A DNA stretch of 35,090 bases. Origin: Octopus sinensis. Lineage: Eukaryota. The position numbers were made by a program, and so were the translations under genes. Each line of letters begins with the position of its first letter. The first letter of the stretch is position 1. Where the stretch lies: NCBI RefSeq assembly GCF_006345805.1, contig NW_021829913.1, positions 1 to 35,090 of the forward strand, given 5' to 3'. The notes below the pieces were generated by a model. It saw only the letters and a list, made by a program, of their open reading frames with translations. It did no database searches and was not told where the DNA came from. Below are positions 33,015-35,090 of this stretch, piece after piece.

Positions 33015-33423
33015 GACGACCACCGCCGCCGTCTCCGCCGTCGTCGTCGTCGTCGTTTCCGCCGTCGTCGCCGTCGTCGTCGTCGTCTCCGCCGTCGTCG
33101 TCGTCTCCGCCGTCGTCGTCGTCGTCGTCTCCGCCGTCGTCGTCGTCGTCGTCTCCGCCGTCGTCGTCGTCGTTTCCGCCGTCGTGGTCGTGGTCGTCGC
33201 CGTCGTCGTCGTGGTCGTCGCCGTCGTGGTCGTGGTCGTGGTCGTCGTTATCATCATCATCATCATCGTCGTCATCATCATCATCGTCGTCGTCTTCATC
33301 GTCGTCATCATCATCATCATCGTCATCACCATCATCGTCATCATCGCCATCATCATCGTCATCACCATCATAGTCATCATCATCACCATCGTCACCATCA
33401 TCATCATCGTCGTCATCATCGTT
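33015..33423. repeat. Compound trinucleotide repeat: higher-order (GTC)nTCC/GCC units grading into (ATC)n
   Basis: Direct reading; ~410 bp with no frame-breaking interruption. Confidence 0.95.
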
Positions 33424-34902
33424 GTGTGTGCGTGTGTGCAGTCTGCATCTGACAGTTTTTAACGTTTAATAAGAATAGATTGTTGTTGTTGTTGCAGTGA
33501 CATTCCAACTGCACACACGCACAAACATTGCCTTTCGTCCTCGTAGGGTTGTTGTTGTTGTTGTTGTTGTAGTTGGGGGTTCATAAAAAAGAGAAGGACA
33601 CTTTAAGAAGCATTCAGTAAAAGCTTCCCATAGCTGGTCTTTTTCACGCTAGAATAGAAACCACTTTATTTTTCATATAAATTTTGAAGGACAGATAAGA
33701 AGCATTCATAAATAAAATTGACCTGTATATGGTCTCATTTCATGCTAGAAGAGCCATCTAACCTTCACATTTTTGTTTCATCACAATAAAAATCGATGGA
33801 CAATTTCCAAAGCATCCATGTCAAATATTGTCCTATAGATGGCCTAACAGTATGCCAGAAATAACAGCCAAATACTCTGAAATTTGTATCGTGTTTCATA
33901 AAAAGTGAAGGACACTTTAAGAAGCAACTCTAAAATATTGTCCTGCGGCGGTTTAAGTAAAATATTATAAAAGTATGCATCTATGAGTTTTATGTGTTTA
34001 AAAAACATAGCAAAGACATGTGTGTATATGTAGGTATATACATGTGTATAAAGGTATTTTTGTATAAAAATGGGTATTTTTGAATGAAATTTGGTAGAAA
34101 TAACTTTCAAACGATGCAGATTACGATTAAAAAGAAATTTGTTGGCAAAGTTTTGTAAGGGTTCGAGGGAAAAAGTGTGTGATTTAAGGGAGATTTGTGT
34201 TGTTTCTAGCACACCACCCTCCTTGTCTTCTTTTTTTTTTCTCATTTTTTCCCTCAGAAACACATTTATGTAACAAAAATAAAAAGAATATTTTTAAAAT
34301 CTCTGATTATTTTTAGCCCCACTTCCTGGCCCCCGATTCTTTCTCTTTATATAATTGTAAAATATTGGAGAGCCTGAGGAGATTCTTGCTGGGATTTATC
34401 CACGGGATTTAAATAAGAGCTTTGTAAAAGAGGATTTCTTTTGAGAGCATCCTTTTCTGTTAGAAATTGAAGTGGAAGTTTCATTAAAAATATCCATTTT
34501 CCTGGAAGTTATGAGGAAACAAAGTCGATGGGGTGTTCATCTGTAGTTATGCCACAGGATGTATACATATATATATATATATATATATAACTGTAGAAAT
34601 GTAGGTGTGTATATATATATATATATATTATATGTATGTGTGTTTGTGTATACATTTATTCATGTATATGTACAAGTTTAAAAAAGAAATATCAAAAGAT
34701 GTTGGAATATTTGAGGTATTGGATAATTTCCGACTCTATTGTATAGGATTGCCGATACATTTATATAGGAATATAAATATACATCATAATTATACCCACA
34801 GGAAAGCAGAATATTATACATACATGCATATTCATATATAAACTCAAATATATATACATATAATTATACATTATTATACGTAGACTTCTTGCACACACAT
34901 AG

Positions 34903-35044
34903 AAAAGACGACGGGTAAATCCATTTGTGACCATCCATACTTAAGGGTATCTGGTGATATTTCGGGTCTGGTATCATACAAACTGCCCAGTCTGGAGTCT
35001 CTATAACTTCTGCCGCTTCCCGTTCAATTGTTTCTATTTGTTGC
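34903..35044 (-). CDS. Candidate coding exon of a minus-strand gene
   Basis: Pyrimidine tract and acceptor (gcgtttag|G), open frame QQIETIEREAAEVIETPDWAVCMIPDPKYHQIPL..., possible donors TTAA|gtatgg or TCTAC|gtataa; GC-richer than the flanks. Confidence 0.3.
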
Positions 35045-35090
35045 CTAAACGCTAATTTGAATGACAAAAAACGTGGAGAAAAGGCGGGAA

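Noticed and set aside
32872-33462. ORFs encoding poly-Val/Ile, poly-Ser or poly-Thr/Met proteins
   Set aside because: All are open only because the trinucleotide array lacks stops; starts lie in (TA)/(TG) microsatellite.
33590-33935. Thrice-repeated gaaggacactttaagaagca motif as a regulatory array
   Set aside because: It is associated with the agaaata(g/a)cagccaaa dispersed repeat seen elsewhere in the window and is most likely decayed repeat fragments.

Overview
This is eukaryotic, AT-rich, microsatellite-dense DNA with a repeat landscape typical of an octopus (coleoid cephalopod) genome; the species call is inferred from repeat types, not from a database search. About two thirds of the window is transposon-derived: one full-length RTE-clade LINE (64-4260) whose 3.2-kb APE-RT ORF is broken only by three 1-nt deletions, four further RTE fragments, an inverted CR1/L2-like LINE relic, two decayed Tc1/mariner elements (one DD37D maT-type), at least four tRNA-derived SINE families, and several foldback/MITE-like inverted repeats. 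The main host feature is a plus-strand, single-coding-exon gene at 27165-32625. Once about 15 small frame breaks in its 5' half are bridged, it reads as a ~1,800-aa protein: a short helical N-terminus followed by six tandem ~250-290-aa NHL-like beta-propeller modules. A candidate TATA promoter and 5' UTR exons lie upstream. Other notable signals are a C4HC3 PHD finger inserted inside the RT domain of the RTE copies, a 40-bp inverted (not direct) flank around the full-length LINE, a substitution-free 317-bp palindrome, a TGT...ACA 112-bp MITE, a pre-miRNA-shaped hairpin and possible exons of a minus-strand gene. All alignments and translations were done by eye, so coordinates of decayed elements are approximate.
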